From: Streptosporangiaceae bacterium
GTDB taxonomy: Bacteria; Actinomycetota; Actinomycetes; Streptosporangiales; Streptosporangiaceae
Reading direction: 5' to 3'
NCBI GenBank assembly: GCA_036005525.1
Contig: DASYQM010000003.1
Coordinates: 4,858-68,857 of the forward strand
Length of the DNA: 64,000 nt
Both the position numbers and the translations under genes were made by a program. The notes beneath the pieces were generated by a model. It did not search any database. It was not told the DNA's origin and saw only the letters and a program-made list of their open reading frames with translations. The first letter of the stretch is position 1. Every line of letters begins with the position of its first letter. This document shows, piece by piece, positions 43,974-54,144 of the stretch.

Positions 43974-45679
43974 CCAAGAGCAAGACCACCGAGGCGCTCG
44001 AGACCACCGGCGTCTTCCTGGATGACCGGCTGCGGGCGGCAAAGGCGACGACCGCGTTCCTGCGGAAGCTCTACCCGGACCACTGGTCGTTCCTGCTGGG
44101 CGAGATCGCCCTCTACTCGTTCATCATCCTGCTGCTGACCGGCACCTTCCTGACCTTTTTCTTCCAGCCGTCGATGACCGAGGTGATCTATCACGGCACC
44201 TACACGCCGCTGCGCGGGGTGCGGATGAGCGACGCCTACGCCTCCACCCTGAACATCAGCTTCGACGTGCGGGGCGGCCTGCTGATGCGGCAGATCCACC
44301 ACTGGGCGGCGCTGCTGTTCCTGGCCGCGATCATGGTGCACATGCTGCGGATCTTCTTCACCGGGGCATACCGCAAGCCACGCGAGTTCAACTGGCTGAT
44401 CGGGATCGTGCTGTTCACCCTCGGCTTGTTCGAGGGCCTGTTCGGCTACTCCCTCCCGGACGACCTGCTGTCCGGGACCGGGCTGAAGATCACCCAGGGG
44501 GTGCTGCAGTCGATCCCGATCGTCGGCACCTACGGGTCGTATTTCCTGTTCGGCGGGGAGTTCCCCGGGCACCTCATCATCCCGCGGCTGTACGTCATCC
44601 ACATTCTGCTGATCCCCGCGCTGCTGCTGGCGCTGATCTCGGCGCACCTGTTCTTCATGTTCCACCAGAAGCACACCCAGATGCCCAGCAAGGGCCGCAC
44701 CAACGCCAACGTGGTCGGCGCCCCGACCTATCCCTACTTCGCCGCCAAGACCGGCGCGTTCTTTTTCTTCATCTTCGCCGTGCTGGCGCTGCTGTCCACC
44801 TTCGCCCAGATCAACCCGATCTGGCTGTTCGGCCCGTACAACCCCTCCGGCATCACCGCGGGCTCCCAGCCCGACTTCTACATGGGCGCCCTGGAAGGCG
44901 CGCTGCGGATCATGCCCGCCTGGGAGTGGAACGTCTTCGGGCACACGCTCGCGTTCAACGTGTTCATCCCTGCCCTGGTGCCGCTCGGCATCATCTTCAC
45001 CGGCGCCGCCCTGTGGCCGTTCCTCGAACAATGGGCCACCGGCGACAGACGGGAGCACCACGTCAACGACCGGCCGCGCAACGCGCCAACACGGACCGGG
45101 GTCGGCATGGCCGCCGTCACCTTCTGGGGAGTGCTGTGGCTCGAAGGCGCCAACGACATCATCGCCGACCAGCTCCAGATCCCGCTGTTCACGCTGACCT
45201 GGATCGCCCGATTCGCCGTCATCCTCGGCCCGATCATCGCCTACTGGGTGACCAAGCGGATCTGCCTCGGCCTGCAGCGCAAGGACGCCCACCTGCTCGA
45301 GCACGGGGTCGAGACCGGCATCGTCCGCCAGCTGCCCACCGGCGCGTACGTCGAGGAGACCCGGCCGGTGTCGGAGGATCTCCGGGCGGTCCTGGAGTAC
45401 AACCAGGTGGGCAGGCCGCAGCTCACCGCGCCGCGGGCGGGCGAGGACGCCGACGAGGTCCCGGCGCTGGACGCCCGCACGCCCATGGGGAGGGTGCGGA
45501 CGCGCATTAACCGGGTCCTCACCGAGGGCATCCCGGTCGAGGCCGACGGGCACGGGGACGGCCATGGGGACGGGCACGCCGCGCCCGCTGCGGTCACCGC
45601 CGGCGAGCAGGGAGCCGACCGGCCCGACCGGCCGGAGCGGGAGCAGGGCGGCACGGACGGCGAGGACACCAGCCACTGA
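43970..45679 (+). CDS. qcrB: cytochrome bc1 complex cytochrome b subunit
   Basis: WSFLLGEIALYSF...RQIHHWAALLF..MVHMLRIFFTGAY carries the heme-ligand His pairs. The protein is polytopic. ATGA overlap with the qcrA stop. Confidence 0.95.
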   Translation: MTKSKTTEALETTGVFLDDRLRAAKATTAFLRKLYPDHWSFLLGEIALYSFIILLLTGTFLTFFFQPSMTEVIYHGTYTPLRGVRMSDAYASTLNISFDVRGGLLMRQIHHWAALLFLAAIMVHMLRIFFTGAYRKPREFNWLIGIVLFTLGLFEGLFGYSLPDDLLSGTGLKITQGVLQSIPIVGTYGSYFLFGGEFPGHLIIPRLYVIHILLIPALLLALISAHLFFMFHQKHTQMPSKGRTNANVVGAPTYPYFAAKTGAFFFFIFAVLALLSTFAQINPIWLFGPYNPSGITAGSQPDFYMGALEGALRIMPAWEWNVFGHTLAFNVFIPALVPLGIIFTGAALWPFLEQWATGDRREHHVNDRPRNAPTRTGVGMAAVTFWGVLWLEGANDIIADQLQIPLFTLTWIARFAVILGPIIAYWVTKRICLGLQRKDAHLLEHGVETGIVRQLPTGAYVEETRPVSEDLRAVLEYNQVGRPQLTAPRAGEDADEVPALDARTPMGRVRTRINRVLTEGIPVEADGHGDGHGDGHAAPAAVTAGEQGADRPDRPEREQGGTDGEDTSH

Positions 45680-45813
45680 CACCCGCGGGCCGGTTCGGCC
45701 GGCCAACCGCGGCGGCGAGCGGCCGTTGACCGCCGGCACCGCGTGCCTGCGAAGCCCGCTCACGCGCTTGGCCGGCGGCGGTGGCGGGTTCCACCCTGTG
45801 GGCGGCGGCCGGC

Positions 45814-46209
45814 TCAGTGCGCGTAGGACCCGCGGTAATACTCGAAGACGAAGCCGATCGCCGACAGCAGGACGAACAGCATCCCGATCAGGAAGAGCCA
45901 CCATCCGATCGCCGCGCCGAGCGCCGCGACCGCCGACGACAGCCCGGTGATCAGCGGCCACCAGCTGTGCGGGCTGAAGAAGCCGAGCTCGCCGGTCCCC
46001 TCGCTGATCTCGGCCTGGGTGTTGTCCTCCGGCCGGGGCGGCAGCCGGCGGCCGGTGAACAGGATGTAGAAGCCGGTGAGGAAGGCCAGCCCCACGGCCA
46101 GGGCCAGCGCCGTGGTCCCGGTCGGGTCCTTGGAGAAATACCAGTAGACGACGTCAGCGGCGGCAAAGAAAGCGGCGCAGCCGACGAACAGGTACCCCTC
46201 GACCTTCAT
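45814..46209 (-). CDS. ctaF: cytochrome c oxidase subunit 4 (actinobacterial CtaF)
   Basis: MKVEGYLFVGCAAFFAAADVVYWYFSKDPTGT...GFFSPHSWWPL... Confidence 0.9.
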   Translation of the reverse strand: MKVEGYLFVGCAAFFAAADVVYWYFSKDPTGTTALALAVGLAFLTGFYILFTGRRLPPRPEDNTQAEISEGTGELGFFSPHSWWPLITGLSSAVAALGAAIGWWLFLIGMLFVLLSAIGFVFEYYRGSYAH

Positions 46210-46267
46210 GCGACACCTCCGTCCTGGCGCGGGATCGCGAGCGCCTGCTCGCCGCGCATGCCCCGGC

Positions 46268-47953
46268 TCACTGTGGCGCCGAAACGGACTTACGCCCGGG
46301 CCGCCCCGACTTGATCTGTGGGTAGTGCAGGTCGAAGGCCGGCCGCTCGGACCGGATGCGCGGGATGGACGTGAAGTTGTGCCGCGGCGGCGGGCAGGAC
46401 GTCGCCCACTCCAGCGAGTTCGCGTATCCCCACGGGTCGTCCGCGGTGACCCGCTCGCCGTACCGCGACGTCTTGTACACGTTGTAGATGAAGAAGAGGG
46501 TGGACGCGCCGAGGATCCACGAGCCGATGCTGGAGATCTGGTTCAGCGTAGTCACGTCGGGCGGCAGGAAGGGGTAGTTGGCTATCCTCCGCGGCATCCC
46601 CTCGACGCCGAGCCAGTGCTGGACCAGGAACGTCATGTGGAAGCCGATGAACAGGGTCCAGAAGTGCCAGACCCCCAGCGTGTTGTCCAGCTTCTTGCCG
46701 GTGAACTTGGGCCACCAGAAGTAGAAGCCGGCGAACATCGAGAACACCACGGTGCCGAACAGGACGTAGTGGAAATGGGCGACGACGAAGTAGGAGTCGG
46801 TGACCTGGAAATCCAGCGGCGGCGAGGCGAGGATCACCCCGGTCAGCCCGCCGAACAGGAAAGTCACCAGGAAGCCGATGGCGAACAGCATCGGCGCCTC
46901 GAAGGTCAGCTGCCCGCGCCACATCGTGCCGGTCCAGTTGAAGAACTTCACCCCGGTCGGCACCGCGATGAGGAACGTCATGAAGGAGAAGAACGGCAGC
47001 AGGACGGCGCCGGTGGAGAACATGTGGTGCGCCCACACGGTCATCGACAGCCCCGCGATCGCGATGGTGGCGGCCACCATGCCCTTGTAGCCGAACAGCG
47101 GCTTGCGGCTGAACACGGGCACCACCTCGGTGATGATGCCGAAGAACGGGATCGCCACGATGTAGACCTCGGGATGGCCGAAGAACCAGAACAGGTGCTG
47201 CCACATGACCGCACCCCCGTTGACCGAGCTGAACACCTGAGCGCCGAGCTTGCGGTCGATCTCCAGCACCAGCAGCGCCGCCGCCAGCACCGGGAACGCT
47301 ATCAGCACCATCACGGACGTGAGCAGGATGTTCCAGGTGAAGATCGGCATCCGGAACATGGTCATGCCCGGCGCGCGCATGCAGACGATCGTGGTGACAA
47401 AGTTGACGCCGCTCAGGATGGTGCCGAAGCCGGACAGGGTCAGGCCCATGATCCACATGTCGCCGCCGATCCCCGGGGCGTTGATCGAGCTTGTCAGCGG
47501 CGAGTACGCGTACCAGCCGAACGCGGCTGCCCCGCCCGGCGCCACGAAGCTGGCGAGCAGGATCAGCCCGCCGAAGAGGAACGCGTAGTAGCTGAACAGG
47601 TTCAGCCGCGGGAACGCGACGTCCGGCGAGCCGATCTGAAGCGGCATGATCTCGTTCGCGAACCCGACGAACAGCGGGGTGGCGAACAGCAGCAGCATGA
47701 TCGTGCCGTGCATCGTGAACAGCTCGTTGTACTGCTGGTCGGACACGATGTGGGTGTCCGGCCCGAACAGCTGGGCGCGCATGATCATCGCCATCACGCC
47801 GGCGGCCAGGAAGAAGCCGAACGACGTGATCAGGTACAGGTGCCCGATGATCTTGTGGTCGGTGGTGGACAGCCAGTCGGCGAGGACGGAGCCCTTGCGC
47901 GGGTTGCGCGGCGGCGTCACCGGCAGGATCGTCGGTCGTTCGAGCGTGGTCAC
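46268..47953 (-). CDS. ctaD: cytochrome c oxidase subunit I
   Basis: [15 protein letters not shown]...GHPEVYI...WAHHMF...HFHYV are heme-copper oxidase signatures. GTG 47953 overlaps the ctaC stop (GTGA). The track ORF runs on to 48070. Confidence 0.95.
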   Translation of the reverse strand: MTTLERPTILPVTPPRNPRKGSVLADWLSTTDHKIIGHLYLITSFGFFLAAGVMAMIMRAQLFGPDTHIVSDQQYNELFTMHGTIMLLLFATPLFVGFANEIMPLQIGSPDVAFPRLNLFSYYAFLFGGLILLASFVAPGGAAAFGWYAYSPLTSSINAPGIGGDMWIMGLTLSGFGTILSGVNFVTTIVCMRAPGMTMFRMPIFTWNILLTSVMVLIAFPVLAAALLVLEIDRKLGAQVFSSVNGGAVMWQHLFWFFGHPEVYIVAIPFFGIITEVVPVFSRKPLFGYKGMVAATIAIAGLSMTVWAHHMFSTGAVLLPFFSFMTFLIAVPTGVKFFNWTGTMWRGQLTFEAPMLFAIGFLVTFLFGGLTGVILASPPLDFQVTDSYFVVAHFHYVLFGTVVFSMFAGFYFWWPKFTGKKLDNTLGVWHFWTLFIGFHMTFLVQHWLGVEGMPRRIANYPFLPPDVTTLNQISSIGSWILGASTLFFIYNVYKTSRYGERVTADDPWGYANSLEWATSCPPPRHNFTSIPRIRSERPAFDLHYPQIKSGRPGRKSVSAPQ

Positions 47954-48855
47954 TGAGCGCTCCCTGCTGCCTTGCTCTGCGCTAGTTGCTGTGCGCTGAT
48001 CCACTGGCGGAACTGCGCAGGGGTGACAATCTTCACTACGAACAGCATCCTGCTGTGGTAGAGACCGCACAACTCCGTGCAGCGGCCGATAAACGTCCCG
48101 GTCCGGGTCGGGGTGACCTCGAAGTGGTTCGGATAGCCAGGGATCACGTCGCGCTTGAACTCGAACGGGACGATCCAGAACGCGTGGATGACGTCGGTCG
48201 AGGTCAGGTTGAAGCGCACGGTCTCATTGGTCGGGATCACCAGCTGCGGCAGCTGCCGGGGCGCGCTCCCCGGCGTCCACGGCTGCCCGTTGACCGTCAC
48301 ATGACGGGTCACCGACCCCGGCACCTGGTACTGCGGGTACTGGAACTGCCAGCTCCACTGGTAGCCGACCACGTTGACCACCACGTCGGGGCTGGCGGAC
48401 AGCTTGTTGATGTAGTTCTCGTCCCGCGCCGTGAAGTAGAACAGGACGCCGATCATGATGAACGGCACGATCGTGTAGAGCATCTCGATCGGCAGGTTGT
48501 AGCGCACCTGGTACGGCGGCCGGTCCGTGCGCTTGCGGTGGAAGATGATCGCCCACAGGATCAGCCCCCACACGACCGCCCCGACCGCCCACGCGGCCGC
48601 CCAGGAGCCCTGCCAGAGGGTGAGCGCGACCTGGCCCTGCTTGGTGACGGGGACCGGGAACCCCATCCGGGTGAAGGCGTTGGACGCGCATCCGGCCGTG
48701 CCCGCGACGACCGTGGCAAGGACCGCGGCGAGCGGCACCGCGCGCCGCCACCGGCGGGCTCGTCCCCGGCGTGCTGAACCTGCCGCCGTCTGGCCGGGCG
48801 CCAGGCCCGGAACACGCGCGCCCCGACCGCGTGGGGCACTGGGGGTGGGACTCAC
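47950..48855 (-). CDS. ctaC: cytochrome c oxidase subunit II (lipoprotein-type signal)
   Basis: Lipobox VAGTAGC, two TM helices and the CuA site DVIHAFW...[14 protein letters not shown]. Confidence 0.93.
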   Translation of the reverse strand: MSPTPSAPRGRGARVPGLAPGQTAAGSARRGRARRWRRAVPLAAVLATVVAGTAGCASNAFTRMGFPVPVTKQGQVALTLWQGSWAAAWAVGAVVWGLILWAIIFHRKRTDRPPYQVRYNLPIEMLYTIVPFIMIGVLFYFTARDENYINKLSASPDVVVNVVGYQWSWQFQYPQYQVPGSVTRHVTVNGQPWTPGSAPRQLPQLVIPTNETVRFNLTSTDVIHAFWIVPFEFKRDVIPGYPNHFEVTPTRTGTFIGRCTELCGLYHSRMLFVVKIVTPAQFRQWISAQQLAQSKAAGSAQ

Positions 48856-49046
48856 AGGTTGCCTTCCCAGCGGATGACACCCGGCTGCACGGGCCGGTCA
48901 CATGGCTCGTCCTACAGACTGTCGTGGAAACAGTATCGTGTGCCGGGACCGGGCGGGCGGGGACCCCCTGCCGTGTCGGGCCCCCTTGTTGCCATGGTCA
49001 CCACGGTGAGGCAGCGCCCGCCGCGCGAGGATGAGATGCTAGCCGC

Positions 49047-49295
49047 ATGACCCCCCCGGCCGACCCGGATCCGGTGCTCGTCATCGACGCACTGGGCCGC
49101 AAGTGCCCCATCCCGATCATCATGCTCGCCGGGCGGATCCGCGAGGTGCCCATCGGGGGGACGATCGCCGTTCTGGCCGACGACCCGGCAGCCAAGACCG
49201 ACGTCCCGGCCTGGTGCACCATGAAGTCGCAGGAGTTCGTCGCCATCACCGAGCTGCCCAGCGGCTGGTCCTTCCTGATCAAGCGCAGCTACTAG
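49047..49295 (+). CDS. TusA-family sulfurtransferase-like protein
   Basis: LVIDALGRKCPIPIIMLAGRI has the conserved CP-x-P motif; 82 aa. Confidence 0.85.
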   Translation: MTPPADPDPVLVIDALGRKCPIPIIMLAGRIREVPIGGTIAVLADDPAAKTDVPAWCTMKSQEFVAITELPSGWSFLIKRSY

Positions 49296-49326
49296 GAGAC
49301 CGGTCAGGCGCCGCCGGGGGCTGCGG

Positions 49327-50301
49327 TCAGCCGTAGTGGGCGGCGATCTCGGCGGCCGCCTCCTGGCCGTAGGCGCCCGCGAGCCGTTCGGCGGCCAGCG
49401 CCGGCTTGAGCTCGTACTCCTGCGGGCCGTCCGCCTCCAGCACCGTCACGGCCACCAGGTTGCCGAGCTGCGCCGCGCGTTCCAGGGACAGCCCCCAGGC
49501 GATTGCCGCCAGGAATCCGGCGCGGAAGGCGTCTCCGGTGCCGGTCGGGTCCGCCTTGCGCTGCTCGGGGACGGGCCCGACCAGCACCGGCGGCTCGCCC
49601 GACCGCTCCACCCGGGCTCCGGCTGGGCCGAGCGTGGTTATCCGCACCCCGACCCGGTCGAGGACCTCCGCGCCGCTCCATCCGCTCTTGCGCTCGATCA
49701 GCGCTTCCTCGTACTCGTTGCAGAACAGGTAGGCCGCGCCGTCGATCAGCCCGCGTACCCGCGGGCCATCGAGCCGGGGCAGCTGCTGCGACGGGTCGGC
49801 GGCGAACGGTATGCCGAGCGCGCTGCACTCCCGTGTGTGCGAGAGCATCGCCTCCGGGTCGCTCGCGCCGATCAGCACAAGATCAAGGCCGCCCTCGCCG
49901 GCGGCCAGCGGGGCCAGGTCGATCTCGCCGTCCTCGCTCATCGCACCCGGGTAGAACGAGGCGATCTGGTTGCCATCGAGGTCGGTGGTGCAGATGAAAC
50001 GGGCGGTGTGGTGGCGGGTTGACTCGCGCACGCCGGCGCAGTCCACCCCGTGCTCGCTGAGCCAGTCGTGGTAGGGGCCGAAATCGGGGCCGACCGCACC
50101 GACGAGCAGCGGCCGGAGCCCGAGCATGCCCAGGCCGAAGGAGATGTTCGCGGCCACCCCGCCGCGCCGGATCTCCAGGGCATCGACGAGGAAGGACAGC
50201 GATACCCGGTCGATCTTCTCGGCGATGAGCTGCTCGACGAAACGGCCGGGGAACGTCATGAGGTGATCGGTCGCGATCGACCCGGTTACGGCTATGCGCA
50301 C
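49327..50301 (-). CDS. adoK: PfkB-family carbohydrate kinase, adenosine kinase-like (Rv2202c type)
   Basis: MRIAVTGSIATDHLMTFPGRFVEQL...VSLSFLVD...RGGVAANI...DPTGTGDAFRAGFL closely resembles my memory of mycobacterial AdoK, and the synteny fits. Confidence 0.85.
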   Translation of the reverse strand: MRIAVTGSIATDHLMTFPGRFVEQLIAEKIDRVSLSFLVDALEIRRGGVAANISFGLGMLGLRPLLVGAVGPDFGPYHDWLSEHGVDCAGVRESTRHHTARFICTTDLDGNQIASFYPGAMSEDGEIDLAPLAAGEGGLDLVLIGASDPEAMLSHTRECSALGIPFAADPSQQLPRLDGPRVRGLIDGAAYLFCNEYEEALIERKSGWSGAEVLDRVGVRITTLGPAGARVERSGEPPVLVGPVPEQRKADPTGTGDAFRAGFLAAIAWGLSLERAAQLGNLVAVTVLEADGPQEYELKPALAAERLAGAYGQEAAAEIAAHYG

Positions 50302-50432
50302 GGCGGCACTCTAGGCGATAGGCGCGCCCGGCCGCATTGGGTGCGGCCACAGCGCCGGTACGCGGGATCGGTGGCGGCCACTGCAGCCGGTACCCACTGG
50401 CCCCATCGGACGCGGGCGGGCGTGGTGGGACC

Positions 50433-50783
50433 TTAGTGGAACGAGTCGCCGCAGGCGCAGGACCCGCTCGCGTTGGGATTGTCGATCGTGAAGCCCTGCT
50501 TCTCGATCGTGTCGATGAAGTCGATGGTGGCACCGGTGAGGTACGGGGCACTCATCTTGTCGGTCACGACGTGCACGCCCTCGAACTCGGCGTCGATGTC
50601 GCCGTCGATCTCACGCTCGTCAAAGTACAGCTGGTAACGCAGACCCGAGCAGCCGCCCGGCTGAACAGCGATGCGAAGCCGCAGGTCGTCGCGGCCTTCA
50701 GCGGTCAAGAGGCTGCTCACCTTGGCTGCTGCCGCGGAGGTGAGGATGACACCCTGGGCTGTCGCCTCGTCCTGAACCGTCAT
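50433..50783 (-). CDS. erpA: iron-sulfur cluster insertion protein (HesB/IscA/ErpA family)
   Basis: LRIAVQPGGCSGLRYQLYFD...NPNASGSCACGDSFH. ATG 50783 follows gggag. Confidence 0.92.
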   Translation of the reverse strand: MTVQDEATAQGVILTSAAAAKVSSLLTAEGRDDLRLRIAVQPGGCSGLRYQLYFDEREIDGDIDAEFEGVHVVTDKMSAPYLTGATIDFIDTIEKQGFTIDNPNASGSCACGDSFH

Positions 50784-50964
50784 ATGGGTTAGCTCCCGCA
50801 TCGGACTGCCGCCGTGACGACGGCTCTTGCTGGTCTCTCAACACAACCATAGGGCGTCCGGAATCATTCCGGGGACATAGGGGCCCTCTTGGCACAAACG
50901 ATTGCCGCGGTCTGTGCCGCGAAACTAGGTGGCGAGCCAGGTCACGGCCGCCAAGGGCCGCCGA

Positions 50965-51537
50965 TTACAGGCCGGGCGCGCCCCACACCGGGAACCACCG
51001 GCCCAGGTCCGCCTCGATCTTCAGGTCCGCGCCCACCGCGCCCCGCACCTGGAGCTCCAGCGCGTTGTCGCGGCGCTCGTCCCCCAGCGGCGCGAACGGG
51101 TAGAACGTGCCCCGCTTGTACAGGTAGACGATGCCCAGCCGCCGCCCGGACTCGCCCCGGAAGCTGACCAGGGTGCAGAGCAGCTGCGGACCGAAGCCAC
51201 CGTCCACCAGCGAGGAGTTCACGGCGTGCAGGTCGGTGACGAGCGCCTCAACATCATCGGCGGCGTGGCGGCAGACCAGCCAGGTGAACCCGTAGCTGTC
51301 GTTGGTGACCTCCACCTGGCCAGCCTCGGAGCCCATGCTCAGCAGCTCACGGACATCCCTCTCGATGTCGCTGAACGCGCGGCCTTCCGCCGCCCGGAAG
51401 CACACCGAGCCGGTGCCGGTCGGGACCAGTCCCATCGCGGCCTGCAGGGTGATGGCGGCGGTCGGCACCGCGAAGAGGTCGTCCAGCTTCGGTGGGACCG
51501 GCTTGGTCCGGCCGAGCAGGGTGTCGAGGAATCCCAC
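50965..51537 (-). CDS. pspAB: PspA-associated protein PspAB
   Basis: MGFLDTLLGRTKPVPPKLDDLF...GSVCFRAAEG...YGFTWLVCRH...LVYLYKRGTFYPFAPL...RWFPVWGAPGL is the family signature as I recall it. It sits 2 nt downstream of htpX. Confidence 0.8.
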   Translation of the reverse strand: MGFLDTLLGRTKPVPPKLDDLFAVPTAAITLQAAMGLVPTGTGSVCFRAAEGRAFSDIERDVRELLSMGSEAGQVEVTNDSYGFTWLVCRHAADDVEALVTDLHAVNSSLVDGGFGPQLLCTLVSFRGESGRRLGIVYLYKRGTFYPFAPLGDERRDNALELQVRGAVGADLKIEADLGRWFPVWGAPGL

Positions 51538-51539
51538 GG

Positions 51540-52499
51540 CTACCGGGCGAGCTGCTCGGAGATCTCGGACAGCTGCCGGAGCCGCCGGTCCAGCGAGGGA
51601 TGGGTAGAGAAGAGAGTGGCGAGGCTCGCCCCCGCCTTGCCCGACAGCGCGGGCGCGAAGTAGAAGGCGTTCAGCGGCTCGGCCTTCCGCAGGTCCTTCT
51701 GCGGAATCCTGGCGATGTCACCGCTTACCTTGGTCAGCGCGCTGGCGAGGGCGGACGGCTGCCCCGTGAGCAGCGCGCCAGCCCGGTCGGCGGCCAGTTC
51801 CCGGTAGCGGGACAGCAGCCGGATCAGCAGGAAGCTGATCGCGTACACCACGATCCCGACCGCCAGCATGACCAGCAGGACGATCGCGCCGCCGCCGTTG
51901 TTGTCGTTGTTGCTCCGGCCGCCGCCGCCGCCGAACAGTTGCCCGTAGAACGCGAACCTGACCAGCAGGCCGGCGATGATGCCCAGGAACGAGGCGATCG
52001 TCATGACCGCCACGTCCTTGTGCGCGACGTGCGACATCTCGTGTGCGATGACGCCTTCAAGCTCGCGGTCGTCGAGCCGCCCGTCCATCAGCGAGGTGGT
52101 GACGCAGAGCACCGCCTTCTTGGCGTTACGCCCGGTGGCGAACGCGTTCGGCATCGGCGAGCGGGCTATCGCCACCCTCGGCTTGGGCATGTCCGCGAGC
52201 GCGCACAGCCGGTCGACGATGCCGTGCACCTTGGCTGCCATCGGGCCGTCCTGCGGCCCGACCTCCACGGCCCGCGCCGCGCTCAGAGCGATCTTGTCCG
52301 AGTAGAAGAACGAGCCGACCGTCAGCGCGAGCCCGAGCGCGATCGCGAAGAAGGCTATGGCCCCGCTTCCCACACCGAACGCGCCGAGCAAGTAGATCAG
52401 GGCGATGACGAAGGCCACGAAGACCAGTCCCAGCAGGAACATGGTCAGGGTCATCCGCGTCGTCAGTCCTCTATCAGGCGCATAGCGTGTCTTCGCCAT
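51540..52499 (-). CDS. htpX: zinc metalloprotease HtpX
   Basis: TM helices plus NAFATGRN...VIAHEMSHVAHKD (HExxH). ATG 52499 follows ggagg. The track ORF extends to 52652. Confidence 0.92.
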   Translation of the reverse strand: MAKTRYAPDRGLTTRMTLTMFLLGLVFVAFVIALIYLLGAFGVGSGAIAFFAIALGLALTVGSFFYSDKIALSAARAVEVGPQDGPMAAKVHGIVDRLCALADMPKPRVAIARSPMPNAFATGRNAKKAVLCVTTSLMDGRLDDRELEGVIAHEMSHVAHKDVAVMTIASFLGIIAGLLVRFAFYGQLFGGGGGRSNNDNNGGGAIVLLVMLAVGIVVYAISFLLIRLLSRYRELAADRAGALLTGQPSALASALTKVSGDIARIPQKDLRKAEPLNAFYFAPALSGKAGASLATLFSTHPSLDRRLRQLSEISEQLAR

Positions 52500-52692
52500 C
52501 GCGCCGCCTCCGTTTCTGGGACCAGTTCCGGCCACCTGACCTGGGGCCGTCCCATTAAGTATCACGCACGAGGCGCACCGAAAATTCCGTTCTGGACTAT
52601 GCCCAGGGCGGACAAATCCCGGGTCAGCCCCCGTGCAGGGCTCATGCCCCAATAGTCACGGGGAAACCTGAACCAAAGCTGAAGATTTCCTC

Positions 52693-52971
52693 TCAGCCCG
52701 GGATCAGGCCCTCACCGGTGATCAACTCCCTGACGTCCTCCAGGTCCGCGTCCGCGAACGGCAGGATCAGCTCGGACGGCTCGATCGCATCCTCGGCGAG
52801 AGGGCTCCCGAGCGAGCGGACACGGTCGAGCAAGGCCGCCAGCGCCGCCCGGAACGCCCGCTCGTCTCCTGCGTTCACTGCCCGTTCCAGCGTCGCGTCG
52901 AGGACGTTCAGCTCGTCCGTGGCCGAGTCGTCTACCTGGAGCTGACCCTCGCCCAGGATCCGGACGATCAT
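52693..52971 (-). CDS. pspAA: PspA-associated protein PspAA
   Basis: MIVRILGEGQLQVDDSATDELNVLDATLERAV...PSELILPFADADLEDVRELITGEGLIPG. ATGA overlap with the pspA stop. Confidence 0.85.
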   Translation of the reverse strand: MIVRILGEGQLQVDDSATDELNVLDATLERAVNAGDERAFRAALAALLDRVRSLGSPLAEDAIEPSELILPFADADLEDVRELITGEGLIPG

Positions 52972-53807
52972 GAACTGTCACCAGACTGCGGCTGCTCGGC
53001 AGGCCTGGCCGGGCTGACCTGCGGCTGCTCGGCGGGACTGGCTGGGGTGGCCGCCTGCGCCGCGCCGCCGTCTTCTGCCGGGCCGCTTTCGATCTCCCGC
53101 GCCGGCGCGGCCCCGATCTCGCCCTTGAGCCGCTCCAGCTCAAGTTCCACGTCCTGGCCGCCGCGCATCTGGTCGAGTTCGGCCTGGATGTCGTCGCGCT
53201 GCGTGCCGGTCACGTCATCCAGCGCACCCGACGCCATCAGCTCGTCGATCGCGCCCGCCCGGGCCTGCATCTGCGCGGTCTTGTCCTGGGCCCGCTGGAC
53301 GGCCATGCCCACGTCGCCCATCTCTTCGGAGATCCCGGAGACGGCCTCACCGATGCGGCTCTGCGCCTCGGCCGCGGTGTAGGTGGCCTTGATGGTCTCC
53401 TTCTGGGTGCGGAAGGCCTCCACCTTCGACTGCAGCCGCTGCGAGGCAGCGGTCAGCTTCTCCTCGTCGGCCTGGAGCGAGTGGTACTGGGTCTCCAGTT
53501 CGGAGTACTGGCTCTGCAGGGTCGCCCTGCGGCTGAGGGCTTCCCTGGCCAGGTCTTCCCGGCCAGATCCCAGCGCCTGCTTCGCCTGCCCCTCCAGTTT
53601 GGTCTGCTGCTGCTGGAGGGTGTTCATCTGCAGCTCAACGCGTTTGCGCGAGGTGGCCACGTCGGCGACGCCCCGGCGCACCTGCGTCAGCATGTCCAGC
53701 TGCCGCTGGTAGGAGTAATCCAGGGTCTCGCGTGGGTCTTCCATCCTGTCCAGGGCCCTGTTGGCCTTGGACTTGAAGATCAACGAAACCCGCTTCATCA
53801 CGCTCAT
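52968..53807 (-). CDS. pspA: PspA/IM30 family protein
   Basis: MSVMKRVSLIFKSKANRALDRMEDPRETLDYSYQRQLDML... is a long coiled-coil with an acidic/Pro tail. ATG 53807 has RBS aaggggaagg; alternatives are 53798 and 53828. Confidence 0.9.
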   Translation of the reverse strand: MSVMKRVSLIFKSKANRALDRMEDPRETLDYSYQRQLDMLTQVRRGVADVATSRKRVELQMNTLQQQQTKLEGQAKQALGSGREDLAREALSRRATLQSQYSELETQYHSLQADEEKLTAASQRLQSKVEAFRTQKETIKATYTAAEAQSRIGEAVSGISEEMGDVGMAVQRAQDKTAQMQARAGAIDELMASGALDDVTGTQRDDIQAELDQMRGGQDVELELERLKGEIGAAPAREIESGPAEDGGAAQAATPASPAEQPQVSPARPAEQPQSGDSS

Positions 53808-54144
53808 GGGCGCGACCTTCCCCTTCATCGTGTACGACCGCCGCCGCCCAGCCCTGCGGCGCCGCCAGCGCGCGCCCCGTTCTTGCGACAGCGGCCTCGG
53901 TAGGGCTGGCCCACCCAGCCTACGCGGTGATCCCAGTGGCAGTCATTACCACCCTGAGGACGCATCCCGGCTCCGGCCGCTGTCCCGCACACCCGCCCGG
54001 CATCGCTGTCAGCCGCCGCCCTCGTGCCCGCCCCGCATCGCTGTCAGCCGCCGCCCCCACGTTCGCCCGCATCGCGCCCGGCCCTGTGCTCACGCCGTCC
54101 CGCAGCGCAGTCATAGGTGGCGTTGATCCCGGTAAGCTGGCCGC

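Noticed and set aside
43931-45961. 676-aa minus-strand ORF
   Set aside because: It is the antisense shadow of qcrB, whose heme-ligand motifs are unambiguous. The translation is dominated by R/G/P/D/E runs.
46208-47956. 582-aa plus-strand ORF
   Set aside because: It is the antisense shadow of ctaD (cytochrome oxidase subunit I), with a non-protein-like composition.
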